Source: Gnetum montanum (taxonomy: Eukaryota > Plantae > Gnetophyta). From it: 64,000 nt of DNA. The DNA lies in contig MNCI01002732.1 of assembly GCA_015680685.1 (NCBI GenBank), positions 78,744-142,743 on the forward strand. Direction: 5' to 3'. Positions 11,985-25,128 of this stretch are shown piece by piece (position 1 is the first letter of the stretch; each line of letters starts with the position of its first letter). Below the pieces are notes generated by a model. That model searched no databases. It was not told the DNA's origin and saw nothing but the letters and a program-made list of their open reading frames with translations. The position numbers and the translations under genes are program-made.

Positions 11985-14900
11985 ATGATGAACATGAGAT
12001 ATAGTTTTAGTGGTTCCATCCTTAAATTGTATTTTAACTAACATCACAAAGACCATCATCACCTAGTTTGACCACACTAATATTATAAATAAGGTATTCA
12101 CAAAACCATGAAAAATGTGGGGCATAGTGATAAGAAGCACCAAAATTAATATAGTAAGAAACTCTCCTAGTGTGATCAACTAATGATACCACATACAAAT
12201 CTCCCTCTCAATAAGAAGGAGGAATTTCATTATTGTTATTATTATTTGCAAATTCTTTTCCTTTCTTTGCTACTTTACAATATTTTTTAAGATGACCAAT
12301 CTTTCTACAATTCCAAAATCTTGGTTTTGTGGAATTTTTTTGGGATCTAGGAAGTTTAAACTCCTATGAAACAATCTGTTAGCAATTGATTTTTTTTTTG
12401 TACAAATATTTTAATTTGTCCCACAGGTCTTTAATAGTTAGAACTCCAATTGAGGAGGTTGCAAATTCTGAAATAGATGATAATGATTATGATATTTGCC
12501 AATATGAACATACTAAGGGATGTTTCCCAGTGGTATCGCATTTGCAAGAATTTGGGGTATATGCTTTAAATCTTAGATTGGTAAAATGATAAGCACCTAG
12601 GCAAATGTCTTATCCACAAGGCAACTATAGGCAATAGTTCAACTAACAAGCATATTATCTAAGTGGAGCACTCCTCAACCTAAGGAGGAATATTAGCAAG
12701 GGCAACACCCATAGTCATGGGGATGCCAGCACCACAGTAATAATATCCTTATCATCAACCTGATCTCCATGGCTACTATGTTTAATACTTTATATCCCCA
12801 CATGACTTCTCTAGTCACACTTCCTTCCCATAATACTACTAACCTCTAGAATACTACAAAGGATCTGCTCTAAGGATGGAGTTTCTATTTTCCTTCTATC
12901 CTCAACACTCATCCACTTCTACATGACAACTGACAACACCTTTGTCACGTAATCCATCTATGTAGGGAAAAATTCTTGCACAACCATAGTAAAGAAATGT
13001 CACAAGGGCAATGAATCTATAGCTAGATATCCATCCCAATGGTCTTGAACTTGAGCCTTGTATGAGGTCACTTTTTAGAACTAGTAATCCCATAAAGCCC
13101 TCACAAACACTTTTGGTTGCCAATGCTACTGCTTTTACCTCTAAAAGTCATACCGACTTGCCTTCAAACAAAAAATCTTCCCAAATCCATATTTTCATGT
13201 TCACCCATGTGGTCATAGGTTGGATTAAGGCTAGTCACCTTCTAGGAAGCAATCTAATCTTGGGAATCCCCTTATCTACTTATAGATTATAGGGAATGAA
13301 CCATCCAAAGCTCTTTTAGATTTAGGTTCTAGAGTCAACTTGATCTCTTAAGAGATGTATAGAGCTTGGAACTTGCCTCCTTTAAAAAAAGAGCAAATTT
13401 ATATTAGAGCTAGCACATCAATCCATTATTTTCCCTCTAGGGTAGGTGGAGGACATCATGACCACTATCTATGAGTTGTTCTAACCTACCATATTTTTTG
13501 ATAATCCATGTGGAAAATGGTAAGGGGGACTTGCCTATCATTATGGGAAGGACATGGTTGAGCACAATGGATGCTACAATGGGGATTTGAGTCCTTTCCT
13601 TGGAAATTTCCAAGGAAAATGAATTTGAAAAAGTAGAGAAGACGAGAGTTCCATGCATCACATGTAGTAACACATGGTGCCATTGCATGTAGAAACTATG
13701 CATCATCAAAGACACATCACTTCAAGTATGTAATTAGTGTGCAATAATAACAATTATTTAAATGTATTTGTATGCAAAAATCATAAAATAGGAAGGTACC
13801 CAATGGCTGATAATTGATGATCAAAGCTAAATCTACAATGTGCATGAAACCAACTAAGAGCCTTACCAATACGTTGGTGGAAAGCATGGATAGAATGGAT
13901 GAACTCTATTGTAACTCTTTGATACACAAAGTGAAATAGATTGGGGAGAGTTGGAGATCTTAGATAACTTCAAGTAAGAGCCCCTTGAATTAAAGGCTCT
14001 ACCTTAATAATAGAAAGTTAGTAATAATCAATGTTAGACTTGCTCCATAAAGTCTAAGAGGTAGTTGCAATGACAATTGAATCCAAAGCTCAAACTAATT
14101 ATGAAAGAGGAGATTGAGCAACTCCTCAAAGTTAGGTTCACCTATGCAATTTTGGATAGCGAATGGATTAGCCCACTCATTATTATTTCAAAGAAAGGAG
14201 AAAAATGGAGAGTTGGCATAGAATTTTGATTGCTGAATATGGTGATGTACAAGAATCATTTTCTATTATCATTTGCAAACTAGGTATTCGAAACTATAGC
14301 AAGGCATTGCTACTAAAATTTTTTGGACAATTATAGTGGCTATAATTAAATCTAGATAGAACTAGAGGGCTAGGCTAAGACTACCTTCACATACAGAAAA
14401 ATGTCCTTTTTCTTGTGTAATGTCCTTACTACATTCCAATGTTTGGTTCTTAGCATCTTTCAACAACAAATCGGTAGTAGGATTGAAGTCTTCATGGATG
14501 ACTTTTCTACCTAGAGGGATACATTTGAGAAAGCCTTGGACCACCTTGAGTAAGTACTTCAAAGATGTATGGAGATCAATTTGAGGCTTAATTGGAAAAA
14601 GAGCCACCTAATAGTCCAAAAAGACATTGTCTTGGGACACAGAATTTCCAAAAAAGGGATCAAGGTGGACCCAAAAAAAGTATAGGTCATCCAAGAAATT
14701 CTATGGGCATCTAACTAGTCTAGGCCATTCCACATTATGACTGAGACATCCAATTATGCTCTGGAAGCCATGCTTACATAATTGGACAATAAAAAATGTC
14801 ACTATTATATCTATTGTATAAGACAAAGCATTATGGGGGCACAACTAAACTGCACCACCACTGAAAAGAGGCTTATGGCAGTGGTGTATGCCTTAGAGAA

Positions 14901-17900
14901 ATTTAGGCACTATGTTCTTGGATATCAAGTTTTTGTGCACACTGATCATAGTGCTATCTAGTTCTTGATGAACAAATCAATGGTGAGCCCTCATCTCATA
15001 TGGTGGATGGTGATTCTTTAGGAGTTTGACCTTATGATGGTGGATAGAAAGTGGACTAAGAATGTGGTCATTGACCACTTGTCTTAGTTATGATGGGATA
15101 GCAAAAAGGATGAAAGTCCATTATTTGATCAATTTCTAAATGAACTCCTCTTTGTTGTAGTTATTGAAGTTCAAAATCCCAAATCTTCAAAATGGTATGA
15201 CCACATCCTCTTCTACATACTTACTCAGGAGATGCCACATGAATGGGTAGTAAGAAGAAACAACAGTTTCTTCACCAAGTCAAACATTTCATAGAAATCA
15301 AGGGCAACCTCTACAAGAGTTATGTTGATGTCTTGGTATGATGGTGCATACCTAATGATGATAAACTTCAAGTCCTTTAGGATGCTCATGAAGGCCCTTA
15401 TGGGGGCCATTATGCTGGAAGGAGGATAACCATCAAAATATTCATGGTAGGGTATTATTGGCCAATGATCTTTAGGGATTCCCATTAATTATTTCGTTCA
15501 TGTGATAGATGCCATGTGATGGAGGGATGATTGCATGGATGGAAGGAGCCGAATAATTAATTCAACCACTAGAGCCTTTTAATCTTTAGGACATTGACTT
15601 CATAGGGCTTATCAACCCCATGTCCAATAGAAAGACATACATAATTATCACTTTTGATTACTGTACAAATTGGGTTGAAGCCACCACCATTACCTACTAT
15701 TCATCCTTCATGGTAGCATTATTTATATAACAAAATGTGGTAAACAAGTTTGGTATGCCAAGGGCACTAATTTTAGATAATGAAACACATTTTACAGGTG
15801 CCACTTTTCAAAAATTTATGCAACGCCTACAAGTTGAGCACAAACTCACAACTTCATACCACCCCAAGACAATGGTCAAGCTAAGGTCACTAATAGGGAA
15901 ATAACAAAAATACTAATATGTATGGTTAGTAAGTCTAGGAAGGGTTGGACCACCAAACTCAAAAATGCTCTCTATGAGCTTATGGATCCACATGGAAGCT
16001 TCCTATTGGCTATTTCCCTTACGAGTTAATGTACAAGAAACTCCTAATTCTTCCTATCCAAGCAAAGTTCCATACACTTTCAATGACCTATGACCTTGAC
16101 CTTGACTTGAGTCTAGCTCAACAAGAAAGATAAATGCCATTGAAAATGCTAGACAAAAATTGATTAGTAGCCCTCTCCTTGAATTAAGTACACAAAGTAT
16201 AAAACAAACAACATCATAATCTTAAAATAAGAAAAGTTAAATTTTATCTAGTAGGTAAGGTTCTCTACTACAACCCCATGCATGTACCTCAACATACAAA
16301 ATTTTAAATGCTATGGAAGGGACATGATATTAGCCATGTAACTTTTTCATTAGGGCCCATGATGATTTACCACCTTACTAGCCTAAATAAAAGATTACTA
16401 ATTGACAATAAGTTAAATCTTTCTTGGAGACAAGAATAAATGGTGGCACCAACACCTCAACCAATGGCCAAGCACATTCCATCTTTGGATCTCTTCCTTT
16501 CAACGTAGCCATTAGGAAGATGGCCATTTATGCTAAGATCTTATCATGGCTTCTTGGTTTTTCAACTTTTTTGTTTTACACTATTCTTTATATTTTTTCC
16601 ATTGTCTTAAATGTTTTTGCAATTTATTTTATATGTTTTTATTTTTTAAAATCTTCTTACATGTGTTTTCTTCTTTATTGTTAATTAGGACTTTGGTGCT
16701 TAACATAATTACTAATTGTTGGAACTACAATTGAACTCTATAGTTTAAATTGACTACTTAATAACTAGATTTCATCTTTGAATTATTACATCGGCTAATG
16801 GAATAGTAATTTTCTTATGGTATTAGGTAGTGAGCTCATGTCATCCACCCATTCCACTCAACTTCATGGTGTTCTTTCATCTTGAAAGCATGATAACCTT
16901 TCTTAATTAAAACTTATAAAAGCATTGGTGACCTTGATACTTAATAGACTTGGAAAGAATTAGGTGGAATTGATAAGGGTGTGGCTTCAAGGAAACTTGT
17001 CACCTTTTGTACTTGCCTACCTTATTGACTTTTATGAGCATTCTCATTGATTTCTCACCATTCATAATGTCAATCATTAACAAGAAGAATGTCTTTGCAT
17101 GGTCTAATTCCCATGAAAAAAAAAAGAAAATTCAAAGCACATCCCTTAGACATAATAATGGGCTACAAGCACTACTTATGGGATTGGAAAGACATGTTAC
17201 CCATGCTTAAAGTCACCCCTCTAACTAAGGTCCTCCAAGCTTCCTGCTTTTTCTTCTTCTCTCTTTGGAATGGTTGATGATCCTTGGAAGTGGTCATGAA
17301 CTCTAGGGGTTGAATGATCTAGATGTGCCAATGAGAAGTCATTGGATGTGGATGGACTTGGTTTTGACAAAGCATGGAACAATATTGAGTAACATTAACA
17401 ACACAATCTACAAAGGACTTCCTACCACTTAGATGCAACACTCCATTTACCATACACACTCTCTCCCATCATTTCAAGCTATTATCATCCACCACCTCAT
17501 TACCTCCTATCATGGCTAATTAATGTATCCTTTTAGTATGTCCTAATTATTTAATGGTCTCTTATGTGGATTTGATTCTTAATGGTCCATGACCATTAAT
17601 CATCCTTTGTGCCTATGGACTCCTAGGTATGAGGACATGCAAGGGTGTTATGGGCATGAGCCTGCTATGGGGAGGACCCACTTGCATGCTCCTTGGTTTG
17701 GGTTTGTCAAACTTCTTACCCCTTAGTTGTTTTGCATTGAATTACATTATTTTTCAAAAGAAACACCTAGTTTTTCACTTCTTGGCAATTTCATTTTCTC
17801 CAAATCTCTTTTTCCAAATCAATTTCATGCCCTTTTCCATGATTTTTCATCATTCTATGCTTTTATAGCTTCATCTAGACTTTAATTTCATGATCAAACT

Positions 17901-20621
17901 CTTCCCTAATACTTAATTTTTATTGGTGAAAAATTATCTCAAATGGCTGTGTCAACGCAGCCTGATGCATCAATGCATCCCTATCAACACAGCATAAAAA
18001 AATATAAATAGCATCAACATTTTGCTAAGTTTATTACATTTTTTCAAAATGCAAGGGCAAATTTTTCCATTTTTTAGAGCCCAATGACCTTCCAAACATC
18101 ATAACTTCCACACCGATTATTTGATTCATCTTATTTTTAACCCTTTAGCTACTGAAGGTGATCTTTACATTATGGAGGCAACAAACCTTTAGTTTATGAT
18201 GGAAAATGTTTTGAAAATTTTTCTTACTCCCCAAGGTTTAAATATTAGAATAATATTAAAACTCCTATCTACACTAAGTTAAATCTTGTAAACAAACTTG
18301 GATAGTGAATGAATAAAATAATAATAAAATAATCAACCTACCATGATCACAAACAAACCTAAGTATAACTTAACCAAATGAGAAAGGTACCAAAAGAACT
18401 AAGGGTTGCACACTAATTGCTAATCCTTGGTTACATTTGTGATCAAAAATGGTACCAAAGAGGGGAGTACCCATAGGAAGATCATCACAACAAAGGAAGA
18501 AGTGACCACGATGAGGAAGGGATCAACAATAGCCCCAAGAATAGGAGGCTAAAGCAACTCATACTATGGAACCTCTTTAAGAGCATCTTGAAGTGGAATA
18601 TGTTCACCAAATTCCCATAGCAAAAACTGGCCAATCAAGATAAGATGAGGCACCAAGTTTAAGACCCAAGTTGGAGGTCACACTTACTAAGGCCTACCTT
18701 GAGAAAATTTGAACCAAGGAGATCCAAAGTTTGGTTTTCCAAGAATTAAACTTTGGATCCTTCTTGGACCTGGCCCCTAAGGAAATCTACACTCAGTTGT
18801 AGGGGTCTTCCATATGATCCATTTTGTCTTCCAATAAAGAATGGTACCTGGGGGAGATGTACCTATCCTAGTGTAACTAGTAGGGAGATGTGCTGGTAAA
18901 AATCAAAGATATAATTATCTCCTATTCAGTTGAGGCCATTGCAAAGGCCCTTGGCTTGTTCGATATAGGGGCAACATTCGTAGAGATATATCCACATAGG
19001 TGGACCCAAAAGCTAAGAAAGAGTGGGCCCAACATTATTATGGGATGGATTACAAGGAATATGGTGCACTAAGGTAGAGCATGTATACTTCAAGATAGTG
19101 GCCTATTACCTAAATTCCATGGTGAGGCTTAGCATAGCCTTATCTACTCATGCATGCACCATGCTAAGTAGTAAATTCCCTATCAACCTCCTATAGGTCA
19201 TCTACCTTGAAATTAAGAAGCACTTCAAAGAAAATGAGTGAGGGAAAAAACACTCCCCTTTCTATGTCTTATTCGAAAACTTTGCAGAAGGAGGGGCATA
19301 ACACACTATGGTAATGACTCATTCTATCATGCTTCTACCCCATCTTGGTAGGAGATGATGAAAGATAAAGCAACTGCAAAGCTATTGGAAGAGGAGCAGC
19401 CACCACCACCACCTACTAGAGAGACCATACAAAAAGCTAGTGTAGCTATTGAAAGAATCAAAAAAATTTGCAAGTAGTTGCTGCAACAACAACAAGGTGA
19501 GGTAAGTGGCAAAGAGGCATCAATTTGCTATCTAGCGTTGAGCCATCTCAACAAGGTCACACAAACCATTAGCTAGCTGGAGGAGACTGCCCCACTATTC
19601 TCTACACAAACAACATAGGCAACCATAAGAACGAATCCAAGCGCCCATAAAGTTATGGTGTCCAGCCTTGGATAAGATTTCCCTAAAATCTTTAGGAATG
19701 TCGTAACTTTCCCAGTGCACTTGGAGAAAGGAAAGGGGTAATTGTCCTAGTGATGAAGCACCATGGACAAGAGACAATGGTGAAAGTGGTGACCAATAGG
19801 ATGGTTGAGGCCTTAAATGCTCCTACGGTAGCAATCCCAAATATTGCTACCTTGAAAGATGTTTAAGCTTTCACAACATTTATGGCACGTTAAGTCACTA
19901 GCATAGCTGAACTCTTACAGTTTTCATTCTTCAAAGTTACAATATTTTTGAGTGCTCGTAGTAGAGACTAAAGTAATTGTACAGATCTTTATTCAAGCAT
20001 CTTATACCTAAACACTTTGATGTGAATAGCAATAAACATGAGATTCTTGACATTCCTTGCAACACTTAGAATATATTAATACTTCTTACTTGAAATTTAT
20101 TCTTTATGCATTTTATATTATTATCTTAAGTAATTAATGCACTTAACGATAACCACGTAAGTACAAATGCTTCAAGAATATCATTTAATGCTTGGCAATC
20201 CTAGTAGTGTTATTACTTGGTTCGCCCATTAGCATAACACTTGGTAACCTAGTAACGTTCATATAGGTTTATGATGTGTACAACAAGTGGGCTTGAATAC
20301 TTATGTTAAGATAGTTGGCCTTAGAACCATTAGATAGTTAGAATAATTAATCATCAATCATTTATCTTTTCGCCAGTACTTAGGCTAGGAAATATATTTA
20401 AAATATAAATATAAATAAATATCATATGCCTTAATTCCCACTTAACCATACATAAGAGCTTACACAAGATAGAGTTGAGAAGATAATGATAATATATTTT
20501 CTTAAGTCACCATCTTTGTCCATATGCACAATTAGGAGCTAAGTCCATGGAATTCGATTGGGTTGCTAGTGTATGCTTGTGATTTGTATCGTTGGGAAAA
20601 GGGACTACTTGCTACTCATCA
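11985..20621 (+). mobile_element. Degraded Athila-like Ty3/gypsy element F (gag end, PR, partial RT, RH, INT, long 3' region with extra ORF, 3' LTR ending CTCATCA); probable host of B
   Basis: ICQYEHTKGC..SHLQEFGVYALN matches G gag. ALLDLGS protease ~13310; VFMDDF ~14490; YALEKFRHY ~14890; integrase ~15500-16400. The LTR end matches the G LTR terminus. Confidence 0.8.
18449..19790 (+). pseudogene. Decayed extra ORF downstream of integrase in F (Athila ORF/plant-transposon-protein-like)
   Basis: Basic N-terminus MVPKRGVPIGRSSQQRKK, fragment VKIKDIIISYSVEAIAKALGL, then a Gln/Glu-rich coiled-coil-like segment; many stops. Confidence 0.5.
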
Positions 20622-21209
20622 ACAAGCAATCAACATCTTTGCATCCACAAATCCTTCCAAAACTCTTGGCAAAATAGATACTATATGTGTATATTGAACC
20701 ATTTATATTTTCTAAGAAGTTTTTTTTTGTATTTTGCATATAAAAAATTCAATGGTAAATCAACTTGATTCAACCAACTAATAAAGTATCTAAAGAATTT
20801 TTTTAGAGAGTGAGGTTAATGGAAAAAAATCCAAAAAATTAGAAAATAAGATAATAATATAACAAAAAGAAAAAATATATTGATAAAAGAAAAATAGAAT
20901 CAATATGAAATGTAAATGCATAGAAGGATGCTCTAGTTATGCTAGATCTAGTGAGAGCAATTATTGCAAGGATGAAACTATAAAAGAGGCATTGAAAATC
21001 AAACTCTGTAATAAATTAATTCATTCATTAGATTGAAGATGCTAAGGCATTCTCTAGATGCAATGTGTTAGTATCAAGTGGAAACTAGTTGTAAAACATT
21101 ACTAAATGTCATGGATGCATTTCTTTTTCAAATTTTGTAGGTGCTAGGGCATTCCTTAGATGCGATGTACAACAGTCACATAATTGAAGATGAATTAAAA
21201 GCATTGAAA

Positions 21210-21670
21210 ACAAAGATCTAGCTCTTCATAGAGGCAAATAGCAAAAATGAACTCATGTAGACAACCCCATTTTATTTTGATAAAGCTAGGATGATGATGA
21301 TGATTCATTAGATCCATAGAGAGAGTCTACACATGCACACACCTATAAATAACAAAAATAATTGCATATTTGCTAGAGGAGAGGGCTCAGTGATGTCTAA
21401 GAGGAATTTTTCAAAGTGTTTGCTCAATTTCATTATAAATCTATAGAGGCAAATGGCAAAAAAAAAAAAGAAAAAGAAAAAAAAAACATATGTAACCGAC
21501 CCCATTTTGTTAGGACAAGGCTAAGATGGTGATGATGATTGATTAGATATATAGAGAGATCCCACACATGAACACATTTATAAATAACAAAAGGAATGGT
21601 AGCTCTACTAGAGGAGAGAGCCCTACAATGTCTAATAGGAATTTTTAAATAGTTTACTTAGTTTCCTTGT
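21210..21670 (+). repeat. Two tandem ~215-bp units, each containing an RTE-type LINE 3' tail
   Basis: catgtagacaacccc...gataaagctag(gat)n and catatgtaaccgacccc...gacaaggctaagatggtgatgatgat. The same tail is present in reverse at 59146-59240. Confidence 0.6.
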
Positions 21671-22054
21671 AATTTGATAGGTAGAAATCTATTTAGCACA
21701 TCATAGGATAGATGCCTAACAAGTACTATGGGTCATCAAATTTACACCCATTATTCAAATTGAATGCTGCTCTATTACTCCAATATTTTATTGACAAAGT
21801 TTAATATTTTTAAATACACTTGACAATATTATAGTCTAATGTGAACTCACTTTTATGTGTTATTTTTATTTTCCATGTCACTTTTATATGTGCATAGCCA
21901 TGCAAGCTTCATATTGGTCCAAATGTTTTATTTAAATAATGTCTCCATGTATGTCTCACACAATACAAATTACAAAAATACAACAAGAAAATAAGTCAAA
22001 ATGAGTTAATGGTGGGCCCTTATGGTAGTGGATCAATTATAAAGAAATATGATA

Positions 22055-22127
22055 TGTCAAGTGTGACTTGAACTAGCAACCTCTTGCATAATAAAATAAT
22101 GAGCTAATCACTTGAGCCACATAACAC
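22055..22127 (-). other. Degenerate tRNA-like or SINE head
   Basis: Minus strand has A-box-like TGGCTCAAGTGA and B-box-like GTTCAAGTC at tRNA-like spacing; no intact cloverleaf. Confidence 0.35.
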
Positions 22128-25100
22128 TAATGAGAGGATCAAATCTTTGATTATAGGCTAATAAAATAAAGCATATACTAATTCTTAGTTGAGTGATCCA
22201 TGCACAAATACATCAAATTAAAGAAGCTTATATGAAACATCTTTTCATGGTACATGTATTAAGGGTGATTCACTTTTTAGCTACAACTCTAAGCAAAAAG
22301 GCTCCTAGAGAAAGTTGAAAATTTGATTTGTTTTCTATAGTATTAATTTTTTTTTGTTTTGAAAGCTCAATGATGGAAAGCTTTCAACTTTTTGTTGTTA
22401 TTTGTTCTTTATTTTTTGATTGATGTATTCTTTTATCTTTAAAGAGCATTTTCTCCTTCTCTTTACAAGAAACCCTTTACTAAGAAGTGAAAACTTATGA
22501 GGGTGCTTTTGAATAAGGGCAAGTCATGATCCTTTTCTTACCCTAAGNNNNNNNNNNNNNNNNNNNNNNNNNNNNNNNNNNNNNNNNNNNNNNNNNNNNN
22601 NNNNNNNNNNNNNNNNNNNNNNNNNNNNNNNNNNNNNNNNNNNNNNNNNNNNNNNNNNNNNNNNNNNNNNNNNNNNNNNNNNNNNNNNNNNNNNNNNNNN
22701 NNNNNNNNNNNNNNNNNNNNNNNNNNNNNNNNNNNNNNNNNNNNNNNNNNNNNNNNNNNNNNNNNNNNNNNNNNNNNNNNNNNNNNNNNNNNNNNNNNNN
22801 NNNNNNNNNNNNNNNNNNNNNNNNNNNNNNNNNNNNNNNNNNNNNNNNNNNNNNNNNNNNNNNNNNNNNNNNNNNNNNNNNNNNNNNNNNNNNNNNNNNN
22901 NNNNNNNNNNNNNNNNNNNNNNNNNNNNNNNNNNNNNNNNNNNNNNNNNNNNNNNNNNNNNNNNNNNNNNNNNNNNNNNNNNNNNNNNNNNNNNNNNNNN
23001 NNNNNNNNNNNNNNNNNNNNNNNNNNNNNNNNNNNNNNNNNNNNNNNNNNNNNNNNNNNNNNNNNACGCGATATCGCGGGGGATGCAATATTGCGGCTCA
23101 GTGCATATCGCGTCTCATCATACCCCCATGACTGAATGAAAACTCATCCTCAATTTCTTTACAATGATATCAGGTAGGTATGGGATTATTGAGGGGAATG
23201 GAACTAATGGGATGACATGTGAACAGGTCTTTATTATAAGACTTGACGAAAACTGGTGTTCATGAAAACAAGGGTGAACACCTTATTACAATGACATCAG
23301 GCCACATTTGGCAGCTGAGAGAAAAGAGGAGAGAGAATAGAAGAGAAGAAGGGAGAAGAGTCTTGCTGCTGCCAACGCCTAGGTTGCGCCTTCTGTTGTC
23401 CATCCGTAAAAGCATTATCCGTTCTACTCCTTGCATAGCTGCTTTAGCACTGCCCATTCCAAGTGTTTGCGCCAGATCCATTCCGGTGTTGTATGATTGC
23501 CATCTACACACACAACATAATCATATATTAGCAAGGGTAATTGAATCATTAAGTGAATAATACCTTTGCTTTGGTTTAGGTTCATTGGCTAGGTTGTGAT
23601 ATGGCTGATATGGATCTGGGAAGATGTTACTAATGAGTACCGAAGGTGTAGGGGTTAGGAAGAGAAATAAAAAAATTCGGGGCTTAGAAGAAAAATCAAA
23701 AAATTAGGCCCCATACCCCCATGCCTAATCGCGAACCTCCGGTAGCATTAGAATGGAGAAAGAAAAGGAGGAAGAAAGATAGGTAAAAAGGGACAACTAG
23801 GGCATCAGTGAAGTGGATGTTAAGATGAAAATGAACAAAACTAAAAATTAATTGTGAAAATGTTAAGGAAAAGATGGTAACTAATGTTCCAAATAGAAAT
23901 GTCAGTGGGTCCTCCCCAAAGCAGGCTCATGCCCTTAATGCCCTGATAATCCCACATTCAAGGAGTCCGTAGGCTCAGGGAATGTCTTTTGGAATAAGAG
24001 TTAAAGTCTTAATTGTAAGAATTTACCGAAAAGAAAACAATGCATCAACCAAAATATATACACTAATGATACAATCGGCAATGAGGTGAATAGTGGAGAG
24101 AAGGGTGGAGAGAAGGGAAGTGGAATGGAATCCCAAGAACAAGGTGGTGTGCAGCCCCTTGTGTGTTTCATGATTAATGTGACTTGGCGGATCTCATTCC
24201 AATGCTGGCTCAAACCAACCACTTCCAATGACTTCGCATCAATGCATTTGGTCAAACCATCCACTTGGATAACAAGGATGCATCTTCAAAGAGCCACCAC
24301 CATTCCGACGAAACAACGGAGAGAATGGGAAGCGAGAAGGGCCTTAGTTAGAGGGAACGCTTTGGTTCGATAACCAGTGCTTGCAGCCAAATTGTATTTC
24401 ATCTAAGGGGTGTGCTTTGAATCCTCACTTTGGTTTTTTTTTCTGGTTTTGTGTGTTTATGCGTGGGGACCACACCATGCAAAGACTTCTTATTTTTATT
24501 GTCTCAGCTTCCGANNNNNNNNNNNNNNNNNNNNNNNNNNNNNNNNNNNNNNNNNNNNNNNNNNNNNNNNNNNNNNNNNNNNNNNNNNNNNNNNNNNNNN
24601 NNNNNNNNNNNNNNNNNNNNNNNNNNNNNNNNNNNNNNNNNNNNNNNNNNNNNNNNNNNNNNNNNNNNNNNNNNNNNNNNNNNNNNNNNNNNNNNNNNNN
24701 NNNNNNNNNNNNNNNNNNNNNNNNNNNNNNNNNNNNNNNNNNNNNNNNNNNNNNNNNNNNNNNNNNNNNNNNNNNNNNNNNNNNNNNNNNNNNNNNNNNN
24801 NNNNNNNNNNNNNNNNNNNNNNNNNNNNNNNNNNNNNNNNNNNNNNNNNNNNNNNNNNNNNNNNNNNNNNNNNNNNNNNNNNNNNNNNNNNNNNNNNNNN
24901 NNNNNNNNNNNNNNNNNNNNNNNNNNNNNNNNNNNNNNNNNNNNNNNNNNNTGTAAAAAAAAAACTTAAAAGAACTGAGGGCCCCATATGGTTAGCATAG
25001 GTGGCCATCTCCCCCATGATTGAATTGTAAGGGAGAGATCCAAAGTAATGAGCATTTATTTGAATTTCTTAGAAGTCCCAACTTCTCCCAATTGATGATC

Positions 25101-25128
25101 TTAAGTTAAGGGGTGGAAGTTGACAACG

